The notes under the pieces are model-generated. The model searched no databases. It was not told where the DNA came from and saw only the letters and a list, made by a program, of their open reading frames with translations. Shown here in pieces: positions 34,964 to 35,626 of a stretch of 35,626 bases of DNA (positions are counted from its first letter, which is position 1; each line of letters opens with the position of its first letter). Origin of the DNA: Myxococcota bacterium (lineage in GTDB: Bacteria > Myxococcota > UBA4151). Location: the NCBI GenBank assembly GCA_040260805.1, contig JBDQPD010000029.1:1-35626 (forward strand), in the 5' to 3' direction. A program made the translations under genes and the position numbers.

Positions 34964-35626
34964 ATGCAAATCACGCTCGACCAACTCTTAGCCCTCGAAG
35001 CGATCGTCCGCACGGGGAGCTTTGCGCGTGCTGCGGCCGAGCTGCATCGCGTCCCCTCTGCGGTGAGTTATCTGGTGCGCGGGCTTGAGTCCGCTACCGG
35101 CCTAGAACTCTTTGATCGAAGCAAGCGTCAAGCCGTTCTCACGCCCGCAGGATATCGGCTTTTAGAGCGAGCTAAAAGTGTTCTGGATGGGGCGCACGGG
35201 CTCGAAGCTTTGGCGGTTGAGCTTCGGTCGGGCTGGGAAGCAGAGCTGCAAGTGGTCGTCGATGGAGCCTTACCCTTTGGACCGGTTACCCAAGTGCTGC
35301 GACGGTTTGCAGATCCTGACGTCCCGACGTTTTTGCGCGTGGATATCGAGTATCAAGAGGGCGTGCTGCACCGATTTGAGAAAGGTCGAGCCGATATCGC
35401 CTTGGTCTTAGGTTTTGAGAGCGGTGGGAGCGAGACCGGTTTTGACTGCAAACCGCTCGGCACGCTTGAATTGCTCCTAGTCGCCTCACCTGCTCATCCG
35501 CTCGCTGATGTTGAGTTGACACCAGAGAACCGCCAGCACCATGCGGAGTTGGTCGTTCGAGATTCATCCCCAGCGTTTGAAGCGGCGAGTAAACCCTCTT
35601 TTATGGGCAGTCGAAACGTTGTGTAT
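34964..35626 (+). CDS. LysR-family transcriptional regulator (3'-truncated by the window end; absent from the ORF track)
   Basis: Manual translation gives MQITLDQLLALEAIVRTGSFARAAAELHRVPSAVSYLVRGLESATGLELFDRSKRQAVLTPAG...GWEAELQVVVD...GRADIAL...HPLA. GGAGG RBS. Confidence 0.95.
   Translation, partial: MQITLDQLLALEAIVRTGSFARAAAELHRVPSAVSYLVRGLESATGLELFDRSKRQAVLTPAGYRLLERAKSVLDGAHGLEALAVELRSGWEAELQVVVDGALPFGPVTQVLRRFADPDVPTFLRVDIEYQEGVLHRFEKGRADIALVLGFESGGSETGFDCKPLGTLELLLVASPAHPLADVELTPENRQHHAELVVRDSSPAFEAASKPSFMGSRNVVY

Noticed and set aside
35178..35567. Short ORFs 35178-35411 and 35286-35567
   Set aside because: Alternative frames within the LysR gene that starts at 34964.

Overview
Gene-dense, GC-rich bacterial chromosomal segment, most likely from a Myxococcota or related predatory deltaproteobacterium. 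The taxonomic signals are a DUF507 protein, two proteins with Myxococcus Cys-rich CGDG..CDDGN repeats, a PEGA protein and DAG-repeat lipoproteins. I can support about 27 CDSs and saw no rRNA, tRNA, CRISPR array or mobile element. DNA-maintenance genes are mutY, uvrC, an archaeal-type topoisomerase VI pair (top6B-top6A), a DEDDh exonuclease and a SMUG1-type uracil glycosylase. Lipid and phosphate genes are a PlsC-like acyltransferase, glpD, phoD, a metallophosphoesterase and a lipoprotein alpha/beta hydrolase. There are several surface lipoproteins, a CPA1 antiporter and a 3'-truncated LysR regulator missing from the ORF track. The best candidate for an undescribed system is the 1100-aa protein at 1302-4604: class III aminotransferase, then GNAT, then a second class III aminotransferase. 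Its two aminotransferase copies have decayed in a complementary way, consistent with a single-chain pseudo-dimer with one active site. It lies tail-to-tail with a C45 (Ntn) acyl-amide hydrolase/transferase. Other candidates are a putative outer-membrane beta-barrel with an N-terminal CxxC fused to a thioredoxin, a signal-less Gly/Ala beta-rich protein followed by a TPR gene, and two divergent genes whose Shine-Dalgarno sites share one 9-bp palindrome. All family assignments come from motif recognition by eye; no database searches were run.
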